This document shows, piece after piece, positions 23,669-34,892 of a DNA stretch of 37,984 nucleotides. Made by a program: the position numbers and the translations under genes. The DNA lies in contig NC_068987.1 of NCBI RefSeq assembly GCF_001194135.2, forward strand, positions 32,222,549 through 32,260,532, in the 5' to 3' direction. This DNA is from Octopus bimaculoides. Lineage: Eukaryota. Each line of letters opens with the position of its first letter. Positions within the stretch are counted from its first letter, which is position 1. The notes below the pieces were generated by a model. That model saw nothing but the letters and a program-made list of their open reading frames with translations, did no database searches and was not told where the DNA came from.

Positions 23669-24197
23669 CACGAGGTCTGATCAAAACGCATCAGGACTTG
23701 TGCTATAAAAAGAAAACCGCAACACATATACAGTTCGGCATCTAATCTCCGTCAAAGTAGACTCCTTCTAAAGTCACCCACTTTATCCATCATCGTTTCC
23801 ATTGATGGAAGCATTCCTAGAACTCCTCGTCTCATTCCCCTGAATTTCCGCGGCGTCTTGAATTCTTGTTGGAGTCTTCCACCACTAAGACAACTTTGGT
23901 TTCAGGGTGTATAGTCGTAGACTCATGATTCGTCACTTATTATGACCGTTTTCGAAATGTTTCGTCTTCCTTGACACATTCAAGGAGATCTTGTGCAGCT
24001 GCAACTCGATCTTCTTTTTGAGATGACTACACTATACACTTTACTTCCAAGCACTGCTATAAATGAGCGAGAACGTTATAACTTAGTATGGATGCGCGAC
24101 AGAGTTCAAGGTCAATATGTGCTAAGCGGCTTCACTCTGTGTACTATAGCTCCGTTACCACAGAAACGGACTTGGTATATTTTGATCAGAGCTCGTG
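23669..24197 (-). mobile_element. Internally deleted (MITE-like) mariner, second family
   Basis: TIRs CACGAGGTCTGATCAAAA (23669-23686) and TTTTGATCAGAGCTCGTG (24180-24197). Minus-strand remnants QKEDRVAAAQDLLECVKEDETF..VIISDES*VY..PETK and C-terminal ECFHQWKR*WIKWVTLEGVYFDGD*. Confidence 0.85.
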
Positions 24198-24276
24198 GCG
24201 GAGGCAATTGCGATACGACAATATATTCGATCATTTGTGATCACAACCATTTACAAAATAAAAAAAGAAGTAGACA

Positions 24277-24350
24277 AGGCTCCAGAGAGATTCGAACTCT
24301 CGACCTCCAGTTTACTAGACTGGCGCTCTAACCGACTGAGCTATGGAGCC
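24277..24350 (-). tRNA. tRNA-Thr-AGT: tRNA-Thr, anticodon AGT, intact
   Basis: Differs from the 20530 copy only by T17C in the D-loop. T7 terminator about 11 nt downstream (A-run 24260-24266). Confidence 0.95.
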
Positions 24351-24995
24351 AACTGCTCGCTACGCCCATAAAGATTAAATTTATTACAACTAACATTGAA
24401 AACGCAGTTATAGCTATTTTTCAGTAATATACTATATTCATATAAAGGAAGTTGCAGTCTATGGTTGAAACAAATTTAGTACTCTTACACCGCTAGTTAT
24501 TTACCATAGACTACATACTGGTGGGTCTGTATACCTAGTTANNNNNNNNNNNNNNNNNNNNNNNNNNNNNNNNNNNNNNNNNNNNNNNNNNNNNNNNNNN
24601 NNNNNNNNNNNNNNNNNNNNNNNNNNNNNNNNNNNNNNNNNNNNNNNNNNNNNNNNNNNNNNNNNNNNNNNNNNNNNNNNNNNNNNNNNNNNNNNNNNNN
24701 NNNNNNNNNNNNNNNNNNNNNNNNNNNNNNNNNNNNNNNNNNNNNNNNNNNNNNNNNNNNNNNNNNNNNNNNNNNNNNNNNNNNNNNNNNNNNNNNNNNN
24801 NNNNNNNNNNNNNNNNNNNNNNNNNNNNNNNNNNNNNNNNNNNNNNNNNNNNNNNNNNNNNNNNNNNNNNNNNNNNNNNNNNNNNNNNNNNNNNNNNNNN
24901 NNNNNNNNNNNNNNNNNNNNNNNNNNNNNNNNNNNNNNNNNNNNNNNNNNNNNNNNNNNNNNNNNNNNNNNNNNNNNNNNNNNNNNNNNNNNNNN

Positions 24996-25027
<32 letters not shown>

Positions 25028-25380
25028 TGTGTGTGTTTGTGTGTGTTTGTGTGTGCGTGTAATAATTCTTAGAGATGTCAACTGAGTAAAATATGTTTAG
25101 TTGAGGAGGTTTAATAAGAGTGAAATAGGTCCGTTGCTTTCAACAATTGCTTCCAGGTTCATATCCATTATCAGCTGCAGTTTACCAGTAATAATTGGTT
25201 TAAACCATTTACACTTCTCACATCAAATGTTTTCTTCGTATTCTTAATTTAAAACATAACTATTTTAAACCCAATAAGTACTTAACTATTATGAAGCAAG
25301 GTTTATATATAAAGAATTTTAAATGGTGAGAAAGTATATACGAAAGTGTATATATTTTGAGAGACGTGAAAATACATTTA

Positions 25381-26658
25381 TTAGGTTGTTCCGAAAATAA
25401 TAGCCGCTCTAAGTGTTCTGTTTTGAAACGCAATTTTATCATAGTATTTTAATTACATTTTAGGTGAATTTCGACATACTTAATAATTGATGTATGCTCT
25501 TTGATAATTTTCTGCTTATTTCAGACAGAAAACATTCTTGAAGCCTAAGTGCCCTTAATTATGAACATGACAAAAAAGGACCTTCGCTTACTTTTCTTGC
25601 ATGAGCTCAAGATTGGGTACAATGCCTCTCAAACTGCTGCCAATATCAACAGAGCATGGGAGAGGGTTCCACAAGTGATCGCATAGTACGAAGGTGGTTT
25701 CAGAAATTCTGTAGTGGTGATGAGAGCCTTGAAGATGAAGAAAGTAGAGGTCGGTCATGCTGTCTTGACAATGAACAATTGAAAGCAGTTGTTGGACAAA
25801 ACTCACCTCAAAGTGTCAGAGAAATGTCTCAGGCACTTGGCGTCGGTATTGCAACGGTCTCATGCAATCTGCAGAAGGTTGGTGAGATGAGAAAGCTCGA
25901 TAAATGGGTTCCGCATGAGCTCAATGAAAATCAAAAAGTTCAGCATTTTGAAGTGTGCTCAATGCTCTTTCTGCGAAACTCCAATGATCCTTTTCTTCAC
26001 CGAATAGTCACTTGTAACGAAAAGAAGATCTTTTATTATAACCGTAAACGATCAGATCAATGGCTTGATCATGATGAGTCCTCCAAACATTTTCCAAAGC
26101 CAAAGATGCATCAGTAAAAAATTATGTCTGGTGGTCTGCAATTGGTGTTGTCCATTACAGCATTCTGCAAGCCAATCAGAGCATTACATCAGAGGTTTAC
26201 TGCAATCAATTCGCTGAAATACATGCTCACTTTCAAAAAAATGAGACCTGCATTGGTGAATCGGCGTGACCCAATTCTTTTCCACGATAATGCAAAACCA
26301 CATGTTGCAAGAATGACGCTGCAGAAACTCTCAGACTTGGGATACAAGACTTTACCACATCCTCCATATTCTCCTGATCTTTCACCCACTGACTACCATT
26401 CTTTGAAGCATTTAAACACATTTTTAAATGATAAAACTTTCAGGTCCAAACCAGAGGTGGAATCAGCTTTCAAAGATTTTTTAGTCTCAAAGCCAATAAG
26501 ATTTTTTCAACGAGGCATAAATAATCTTGCTGATCGATGGCAGAGATGCAGAGATGTTCACAGCTCATACTTTGACTAAGAAAAAACATTTCTATTGTTA
26601 ATTTTTCCAGAATAAAATTATGTTTCTGAAATCGGTAATTATTTTCGGAACAACCTAA
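25381..26658 (+). mobile_element. Full-length mariner DNA transposon (Hsmar1/cecropia-like), inactive
   Basis: 21-bp perfect TIRs TTAGGTTGTTCCGAAAATAAT at 25381 and ending 26658, TA target duplications at 25379-25380 and 26659-26660, length 1278 bp, internal transposase. Confidence 0.96.
25561..26579 (+). pseudogene. Mariner D,D34D transposase pseudogene
   Basis: MNMTKKDLRLLFLHE..., RRWFQKF HTH, WVPHEL, HDNA...YSPDLSPTD (34 residues between the two Asp), ends YFD*. Frameshift near 25657, TAA at 26115-26117, further frameshifts, and first catalytic Asp mutated (TCNEK). Confidence 0.95.
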
Positions 26659-26961
26659 TAATAAAGTTTTTAACTTCGACATGGTGGTAAAATGTTCGAA
26701 GGAAAAACAACTGACTGGTACTTACTGGTGCTTATTTTGTCTACTTCTCGAGGAATGAATGTTAAAGTTTTCCTAGAAGTACTTGAAGTTAGGAAATAAA
26801 AGAAGGTTAGTAGCAGGTGCAAGAAGTATTGTATGGTACTCGAATAAATTGCCAAAATTAACAGATTGTTTATGTCTAGGTAAAAAATATGACAGCCGCT
26901 GTTGTATGGGAACATGTCAACTGCAATAAAAGGGCAGAAAATCGAACGAATATCGAATATT

Positions 26962-27153
26962 ATCTTTTGCTTGCTTTAGTCAATGCACTGCGGCCATACT
27001 AAGGCACCGCATCGAAGTGTTTAGTCAAACAAATCGCCCCCTGTATTTATTTTATGCCTGTTAGTTATTGTATCGGGTTCTTTTGCCGAACCGCTAGTTT
27101 ACGAGGATATAAACAAATCAAGCAGCGGTGATAGACTGGACAAATACGCGCGT

Positions 27154-27197
<44 letters not shown>

Positions 27198-27331
27198 CGA
27201 GCTTTCATATAATTTTCTTCTACCAAATTCACTTACAAGGCATTAGTTGGCTGGGAGCTATAGTGGAAGTACTGCGCAATGGGACTGAACCCCCAAATCA
27301 TCTTGTAAAGCGATTTTCTTGACCATGCCTG
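26962..27331 (-). mobile_element. Composite SINE family A, diverged
   Basis: Tail, central (CA)n and head remnants collinear with 1826-2279. Confidence 0.78.
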
Positions 27332-27352
27332 ACTGAAATTTAAAGTCAATAC

Positions 27353-27426
27353 TTTATAAAGAGTGATTTGAACTCACGAGCAATAGTTTATAAGACTGGT
27401 AACTTAAATCGCATGAGACATGGGCG
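27353..27426 (-). pseudogene. Heavily decayed tRNA-Thr-like copy (anticodon position now TAT)
   Basis: Minus strand CCAGT-CTTATAA-ACTAT-TGCTC-GTGAG-TTCAAAT-CACTC matches the Thr gene at 30 of 39 positions by hand alignment; 5' half weakly similar; acceptor stem lost. Confidence 0.5.
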
Positions 27427-28799
27427 AAGAATGCCGATATTTCATACATTATAAAAGCAAAGTAAATGATAGTAATAAGTGTTGTCAGAATGCGTGAAGG
27501 AAATAATCTTCCTTATAAACTTAGGCACGAATGTAATGGATGGCGGCAGTGGAGTGTTAGACTAATGGCTTGAAATATTTTGATTCTGAATTCCATGTTC
27601 TGAATACTACACTTAGTAGCTTCTACTACGCATCATCTTCATTTATACGAAACTATAGAAACTAACCGAATTTTCATGACGATAAGAAATGCTGATTTAC
27701 GTGTATTTGTCACAATATATTATTTTTAATGGAATTCATGTTTAAAAAAGATTAATAGCAGTTTGTAAAATCTATTTCCCCAGTTAGTATAGATTGTTTT
27801 AGGAAAGATGAATTTTTATTAATCATATGACTTTTATGTCATAATCGCAATTTGGCATGTGTTATTAATTTTCTTTTGTTTTTATTTTCAAATTAAAGTA
27901 AAAAAAAAAATTCTCCTTAAGTATCGCCATAAAAGATAAAAAACAATTGATAAACAAACACTCGGATTTAAAAACATATTAATAATGGATACTAAATTGT
28001 GGTGTTGATGGTAATAGTGATGACGGCGGTATTGATGGTGGCAGTAGCAATTGAAATATAGTACACTCTACAGCAAGAACAATGATAAATGATGACCAAT
28101 GTTCAATAGCGACGTTGAACTCTCAAACAACGTATTAAATAAATATTCTACAAATTGCTCAGTTTATTCCATCAGAAATCTAGAAGGCTAAAGTGCGAAT
28201 GTCTCTGGAGCCCAATTACTCGTATATACTATTGATTTATTCTTATTATACAAATTGGATCACTAGACCACAATGTCCACCTAGTTGGACAACTGTTTTG
28301 TTTGGGCAGAAATAGTTGATCGCTGGAGAAAAAATTAGTGCAGTTTACTGTTCCTAAACTTGTTGCCTTGTCCCATGTTACAAATAACATTACTATCCCT
28401 TAGATAGACACAGGATAACCGGGGAGAACACCATATATATTGAAGTGTGATTAGATTGCTTGTTGCATGTGAAACGGCAGCTCTTGTAGTTAATATTGAA
28501 CCTCATCTAGCAAACTGATTTGTTACATGTGAAATGCAAAGAAGCAAATTTTTAGTAGCCCTTACACGTTACAGGTAGGAATTTCGTGTTGAGGGTCTTG
28601 AGACTCTCCTCACAAATCTGTAACGGATGGGAATGGGAAATGCAAGGTTTATGCTCAATTCACACAAGAAATACTAGTGGAAAATATAGAATCACACAGT
28701 TTTGATTCATGCGGTTATTTTTATGAATTTATATCTTTGTAGACAATTCAATTTTTCTAGAAAAGCAATTCTGTATATTTATTAATTTACTACTCTTTT

Positions 28800-29087
28800 G
28801 GCGTGTGGCTAAGGAATTAGGCTATTCGGCTCACGATCGTTGTGTCCTTGAGCAAGACACTTTATTTCAAGCTGCTCAAGTTCACTCAGTTGGTAAAAAT
28901 GAGTAGTACCTGTATTTCAAAGAGCCAGCCTTGTTACACTCTGTGTCACGCAGAATATCTCCGAGAACTACGTTAAGTGTACGTGTGTCAGTGAAGAGCT
29001 CAGTCACTTACACGTTAATCCCACGAGCAGGCTGTTCCGATGATCGGATCAACTGGAACCTTTATCATCTTAACCGACGGAATGCCA
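28800..29087 (+). mobile_element. tRNA-derived SINE with CORE-like block and the same tail as 627-1010
   Basis: Partial tRNA head, TTGTGTCCTTGAGCAAGACACTT block, tail collinear with 840-1008. Confidence 0.8.
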
Positions 29088-29979
29088 GTGCGTACTACTT
29101 TGGCCAGCTTGCCGAGAGATTATATTTATGATGCCAAGACAGCACCGTAAGTAGATGGCATATATAAAAAAAGAAAATACTGTTTGGCAGTGAGCAGTCA
29201 TCTACACATGTGACGTGGGGATACACGTACTTTAAATATTTTTGAAAAAGCTTCATAATTAATTAGTTTGAGTGTTTAAAGAAACTATATAAAATAATAA
29301 GGCAGGATTGTGAGATGAAATAAAATAAGCATTGCCGTGTCATTCGTTAGCTAGCAGTGCAGAGTCAAATGTTTTTTGCTGGCAACCTAGCTGAGGAAGA
29401 ATGACCTCTATGGAACCCAACAGTATCACATGAAAGTAAACAGCTTTCGATCGAGTCTGAAAAATTCAACTCTGTTTACGCTAGCTTATGATGCTTTTAG
29501 CATCATGATCCGGTTTAATACCAATCTAGAACCACTGGACGTCTTCTCTCCACGATTGGCAATTTAATGATTATTCCATATGGTATTCGATTTTCAGAAT
29601 ATTTATTTACTTGCATAGACACAACAAGTATCCAATTTCAATGGGAAGAGTCTATAAAATCAGTTTTTGCAGGAAAAGTTAGGAAAAAAAACAACGAAAA
29701 CTTGCAACAGAACAAGAAACTTTCCTGAACTGTCGAACACGGTCTAGAGCACGGACCCATGCGGTTGCAAATCGAACTTACTAACCACAAGACAACGCTT
29801 GCTGCATGTAATTTGATTATACCATGCACTACTGATTAGAATATGAACATTGTAACCTGAATACATCGATTAAATCTTAGTATACCCTGTTGAGAATATT
29901 GTGAAAATTTGTCGTCACTTTCAGAAATAACAAATTATTATAGACTTAACAACAGTAAGCAAAAAACATTTATATGTGT

Positions 29980-30053
29980 GGCTCCATAGCTCAGATGGTT
30001 AGAGCGCTAGTCTAGTAAACTAGAGGTCGAGAGTTCGAATCTCTCAGGAGCCT
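29980..30053 (+). tRNA. tRNA-Thr-AGT: tRNA-Thr, anticodon AGT, variant with A7:A66 acceptor mismatch
   Basis: GGCTCCATAGCTCAGATGGTTAGAGCGCTAGTCTAGTAAACTAGAGGTCGAGAGTTCGAATCTCTCAGGAGCCT: compensated anticodon stem CTAGT/ACTAG, one acceptor-stem mismatch, TTTTT at 30064-30068. Confidence 0.85.
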
Positions 30054-30816
30054 TCTGTCTTAATTTTTAAGAAATATCCTCCAAAATTGTAGTCTCTTTA
30101 TTATTTTCCCTTCGTCCTTCATATTTTGAATAGAAGTAATATCTTCTCTCGCATAATCTATGGTATTTCGTTTGTCACACCGTGAAACGAAAGCACAATC
30201 GAACTTTTTAACTTAATGCACTAAGTTCGAGTGTTATGCGGGTAAAAGTTAAAACTATGGAATACAATTGAAGACATAAGCGAAATCTTCATAACTGTTA
30301 TAAAACGTAGAGTTTTAGCTCTGTTAATAACTATACTCATACACGATGTCTTAGGTAGAATTCGACTGGATTCCAGTCCTCTATCGTGGCTTCCATACCT
30401 CAGTGATGTTGAAATGGTTACTGAAATTCTTAACACGCTACTTCAAGAGGAAATTAAATGACATCCGTGTCAGCGACACATTTTCAATCTCGTCTTCAAT
30501 TCTCATCTTTACTGACAACAAAATCTCTTTCTAACTACAACATATGGTTTCTGAAATATATCTGTCAATGATATCTTATTAATATAAATGTTTGATCTTA
30601 TTAATAGCAAAATACAAAGCAATCAAATATTAATAAAATTATCATTCTATACATTTAAGTAGAGTTCCACACATATAATAATAATAAAAAAAAGGTGAGA
30701 GTCTGACAGCCACAACTTGTGAAACTTCAAAGTCATTATTAAACCTTTTCAACTATCAATGAAATCCATAAATGACCTCACATTTATAAATTATTTATTA
30801 ACACATCTGTATAGAA

Positions 30817-31157
30817 CAGGGATTCTCGGGCATTTCTTTTATCTATGGGCCCCTTTGATTACTATTTCATTCTGGTGGACCCCTATAGCCATTCGATGTT
30901 TATTAACTTTTGTAGGAACTTCTTTTATTGAGACTTCTTACAAAATTCTTATTTTTGATTTTGCATTAACTTGTGTAGGTTGGACTATGTAAAATGTAAG
31001 AGAAAGAAACCAAGCTGTTTCTTGTGATAAATACCAATACATACATATAAAGCAAACAATTTTCAAGGGCCCTTAAAATACAGTTGTAGTTCCCCAATCT
31101 ACTAGTTTGTTATGTGCTCCCCCCAAATTTTATATTGACCCCAATTGAGAACCACTA
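30817..31157. mobile_element. hAT-type (Charlie-like) MITE remnant
   Basis: Ends CAGGGATTCTC and TTGAGAACCACTA resemble the CAGTGGTTCTCAA hAT terminal repeat, with GGGCCCC/GGACCCC subterminal motifs; no clean 8-bp TSD. Confidence 0.45.
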
Positions 31158-31228
31158 GTTCAATATTTTCAGAAACCCGAGTTCGATACAATATACCTTC
31201 ATTCCCGACATTGGTATATAATTTAAAA

Positions 31229-31426
31229 CTTTTATCTGTTTCAGTCATTAGACTACGGCCATATTGGAGCACCGCCATGAAGGCATTTTTATTTAGTCAA
31301 ATAAATTGACCCCAGTACTTATTTTTTGAAACCTGGTACTTATTCTATTCACTCTCTTTTTGCTGAACCTTTAAGCTATGTGGACGTAAACAAACAAACA
31401 AACAAACAAACACCAGTTTTCAAGCG
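31229..31426 (-). mobile_element. SINE family A 3' half
   Basis: TGTTTCAGTCATTAGACTACGGCCATATTGGAGCACCGCC..GACCCCAGTACTT..GGACGTAAAC, homologous to 1840-1990. Confidence 0.75.
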
Positions 31427-31530
31427 AAGTACACAGAGATATTCAGTGTGACACAGAATGTAACAAGGCTGGTTCTTTGGAGCCCATCGATTATGTGTGG
31501 TGCGGGTATGTGTATGTCTTTATATCCGTG

Positions 31531-31840
31531 TTTGTGCCAAAACTGCTTTTCAGCTGACCAAAAAGACATTCGGGAGTCACTTGCACAAGATCTTGATTGC
31601 GTCAAGAACGATGAAAACTTTTTTGAAAACTTTGCATAGGCCTCTGAGCACGTATCGCCAAGCCTTTGGCAAAATTCGATGCAGATTCTCTGCTCAACTT
31701 TCTATGTACACAGCGAAAGTGAGCTAGGAAGTTAAAACTTAGTGCGCATGTCTAGCGCACTAATCACTCTGTGCCTAGGTTTACTTTGTACGCTTTAGCT
31801 TCGTTACTATGGAAACAGTCCGGATACTTATTGATCAGAC
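31531..31840. mobile_element. Rearranged fragment of the same second mariner family
   Basis: TIR-proximal GGATACTTATTGATCAGAC runs into the gap at 31841. Minus-strand N-terminus KVEQRICIEFCQRLGDTCSEAYA (31632-31703) is joined to a plus-strand piece FVPKLL..ADQKDIRESLAQDLDCVKNDENF (31531-31631). Confidence 0.75.
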
Positions 31841-31940
31841 NNNNNNNNNNNNNNNNNNNNNNNNNNNNNNNNNNNNNNNNNNNNNNNNNNNNNNNNNNNN
31901 NNNNNNNNNNNNNNNNNNNNNNNNNNNNNNNNNNNNNNNN

Positions 31941-32349
31941 CAGTAGAACATACCCTTTTAGTAGAACCCCCTGCACTGACAGGAACTGTATCGTATGTAG
32001 ATTTAGCCTACAAACAAACTGTAAAACCAGAAATGTGGTCTATAGTATAAGATGTACAGAGGGACGATGCAATAACAAGACAACGACGTTTGTAGGCGAA
32101 ACAGCACGGAGCATAGGGGAGCGGGCAAATGAACATTGGAGGGAACTTAAGGAAAAGAAGAGCTCATCAGTTCTGTACCAGCACGCTGAGTAAGAACATG
32201 GAGCCTCACTCAACAACATAGAAATTAAAATCTTATCCACACATAGCAGAGACGCAGCACTTAGACAAATTACAGAAGCTACACACATAATAGAAGATAA
32301 ACCTAGCCTGAATAGGAAACTGGAATGGAACACTAACACACACCCCTAA
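31941..32349 (+). pseudogene. Penelope-like GIY-YIG endonuclease C-terminus with a single nonsense codon
   Basis: PCTDRNCIVC..NCKTRNVVYSIRCTEGRC..FVGETARSIGERANEH..LYQHAE*EHG..IKIL..LRQITEA..PSLNRKLEW; TAA at 32191-32193, terminal TAA at 32347-32349; flanked by gaps. Confidence 0.88.
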
Positions 32350-33678
32350 TAAACCACAAACCACAAAATATGACAATACATTCCCCATAAACCAATAACA
32401 ATATGAACAAAATATAATACAATACAATACAATACAATACACTCCCCATACACACACACACATACACTTACAAAAACATACACACTTTGAGGNNNNNNNN
32501 NNNNNNNNNNNNNNNNNNNNNNNNNNNNNNNNNNNNNNNNNNNNNNNNNNNNNNNNNNNNNNNNNNNNNNNNNNNNNNNNNNNNNNNNNNNNNNNNNNNN
32601 NNNNNNNNNNNNNNNNNNNNNNNNNNNNNNNNNNNNNNNNNNNNNNNNNNNNNNNNNNNNNNNNNNNNNNNNNNNNNNNNNNNNNNNNNNNNNNNNNNNN
32701 NNNNNNNNNNNNNNNNNNNNNNNNNNNNNNNNNNNNNNNNNNNNNNNNNNNNNNNNNNNNNNNNNNNNNNNNNNNNNNNNNNNNNNNNNNNNNNNNNNNN
32801 NNNNNNNNNNNNNNNNNNNNNNNNNNNNNNNNNNNNNNNNNNNNNNNNNNNNNNNNNNNNNNNNNNNNNNNNNNNNNNNNNNNNNNNNNNNNNNNNNNNN
32901 NNNNNNNNNNNNNNNNNNNNNNNNNNNNNNNNNNNNNNNNNNNNNNNNNNNNNNNNNNNNNNNNNNNNNNNNNNNNNNNNNNNNNNNNNNNNNNNNNNNN
33001 NNNNNNNNNNNNNNNNNNNNNNNNNNNNNNNNNNNNATATATATATATATACATATATATATGTGTTATTTTATTTTATTCTACTCGTGTAGAAATAAAG
33101 GCTAAAATAGAAGTTGAAGATGCACTAAGAATAGCTAAAATATATTTTTTACTATATTTAAAATCCATATCATGCCTCTTCTGCACCAAACATATTGTCA
33201 AAACGTTCCTTCGCCTTCGCCTCAGTTTTCATCATTACCATTAACACCATAAATGTCGGGAGCTATCCTGGAGACATCTGTATAATGTTATAATGTTCTT
33301 TGTAATGCCAACTCAATCCCCGAAAGCAAAAGTAGTTACTGCTAACGTTTATGATATATCTTTCCAAAAAATAATGAAGCAGATATATTTTCGAATTTAT
33401 ACCACGGTTGGTTACAAGCTTGAAACAAAATGTCAAATTACTTTGGAGCGTTTAATAAGTGATTCAAATTTTGGTAATTAACATGTACTTAACTGATTTC
33501 CTGAGTGTTGTGTTAAGTAAAATGTTCACCTTGTACATGATATTTTCAAATCTAGTAACGTGAAATACAAAATATGTTGTGATTGTAACTTTATCAGCAT
33601 TGTAGTCAATAGCTGCGAAAATCAGTTGAATGGTGGTACAAGCATACGTGCATACATACATACCACACACATGCGCGC

Positions 33679-33751
<73 letters not shown>

Positions 33752-33797
33752 GTCTTCAATACAGACACACAGACATACGCACACATACACACACACG

Positions 33798-33838
<41 letters not shown>

Positions 33839-34606
33839 ACCGTACTGTATTCTAATAGTTAATACGTGGTTGATATAAAATGTTTTATAAGAATAATCCT
33901 AGCAGTTTTAACATATTCTGTAATCATTAGTGATTTATACCGAAATGATTAGCATATCTTTATAACAACTTTCTTCTCAATTGCAATTATTTTCATTTTA
34001 TATCATACAATTCAAGCCTTTCAATTTCCAAATTTTTTTTCTTTTTAGGGCATCGGATTTTTGAAACATATACGCCTCATCAATAGCAACAACGTCAAAG
34101 TAGTAATAATTTAATGTATAACAAAAATGTTTTGACATTTTACAAGTGAAAGAGATTAATGCTTTATTTGGTGTCAGTATGGGATGAAAGTCGGAGCTGA
34201 GGTATGTGAACTGGCTGGATCACAAATGCTAGATAAACTACAGGAAAAAAAATTAAGACTCTAGACACTGTTTCAATTTGTGAATTGTCGATTTTTCTGT
34301 CATGTTAGCTGTCATGGAAAGCCATTGTATGTCTTCTCTTCCATTTACCTCCAAAACTAGCTCACCTGGTCCCGAAATAAGATTGGTTTGTTATTCAATC
34401 TATATCTTTTATAGACGTCAACACTAACAAGTTCTCGAGACTAATTTACTTTTATAAAGCACATAAAGAATCTCAGATACTTCCTGCTACTTATGGAGGA
34501 GGTGCTGACGTCGAAGATGTTGTAGCTGCATCATATATCATCGGCAGAATATTTTGATAGATATTTTTCACAAAAGTAATTTAATTTTGTCTTAAAACAC
34601 TGTAGC

Positions 34607-34681
<75 letters not shown>

Positions 34682-34695
34682 CCTATCTATCTATC
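34607..34695. repeat. (CTAT)n tetranucleotide microsatellite
   Basis: Direct reading; ends immediately before the inferred LINE 5' end. Confidence 0.95.
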
Positions 34696-34892
34696 CACAT
34701 GGACGGACGCTAGACACATCGGCTCCCATGTAAGTTGCATTTTTCACCTGTTAAAAGACCTACTTTGCTTTTTAATTTTTGTATAAGTTGTGTACATATA
34801 TTTTTCAAATCGGAAATAGCTCTATTTAGAGCCTTATTTCCAAACATTCAAAAACATCTTCCTCGATCCTAGCCATATTCTGTAAAACAAAT

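Larger units (their letters stand above)
20530..24541 (-). repeat. Diverged tandem duplication of a tRNA-Thr plus flank plus mariner-relic unit (three copies; third runs into gap)
   Basis: Flanks 20604-21110, 21677-22190 and 24351-24541 align; 21116-21600 aligns with 23840-24276; first period 1073 bp, second 2674 bp. Confidence 0.9.

Noticed and set aside
20530-24350. Repeat-spacer pattern superficially like a CRISPR or cassette array
   Set aside because: The repeats are 74-nt tRNA genes and the kb-scale spacers are homologous to each other; eukaryotic context, no cas genes.
28200-28700. Repeat-free segment with duplicated GTT(G/A)CATGTGAAA
   Set aside because: Short match with no ORF, structure or family assignment.
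29385-29440. CTGAGGA hammerhead-like start
   Set aside because: No paired stem II followed by GAAA.
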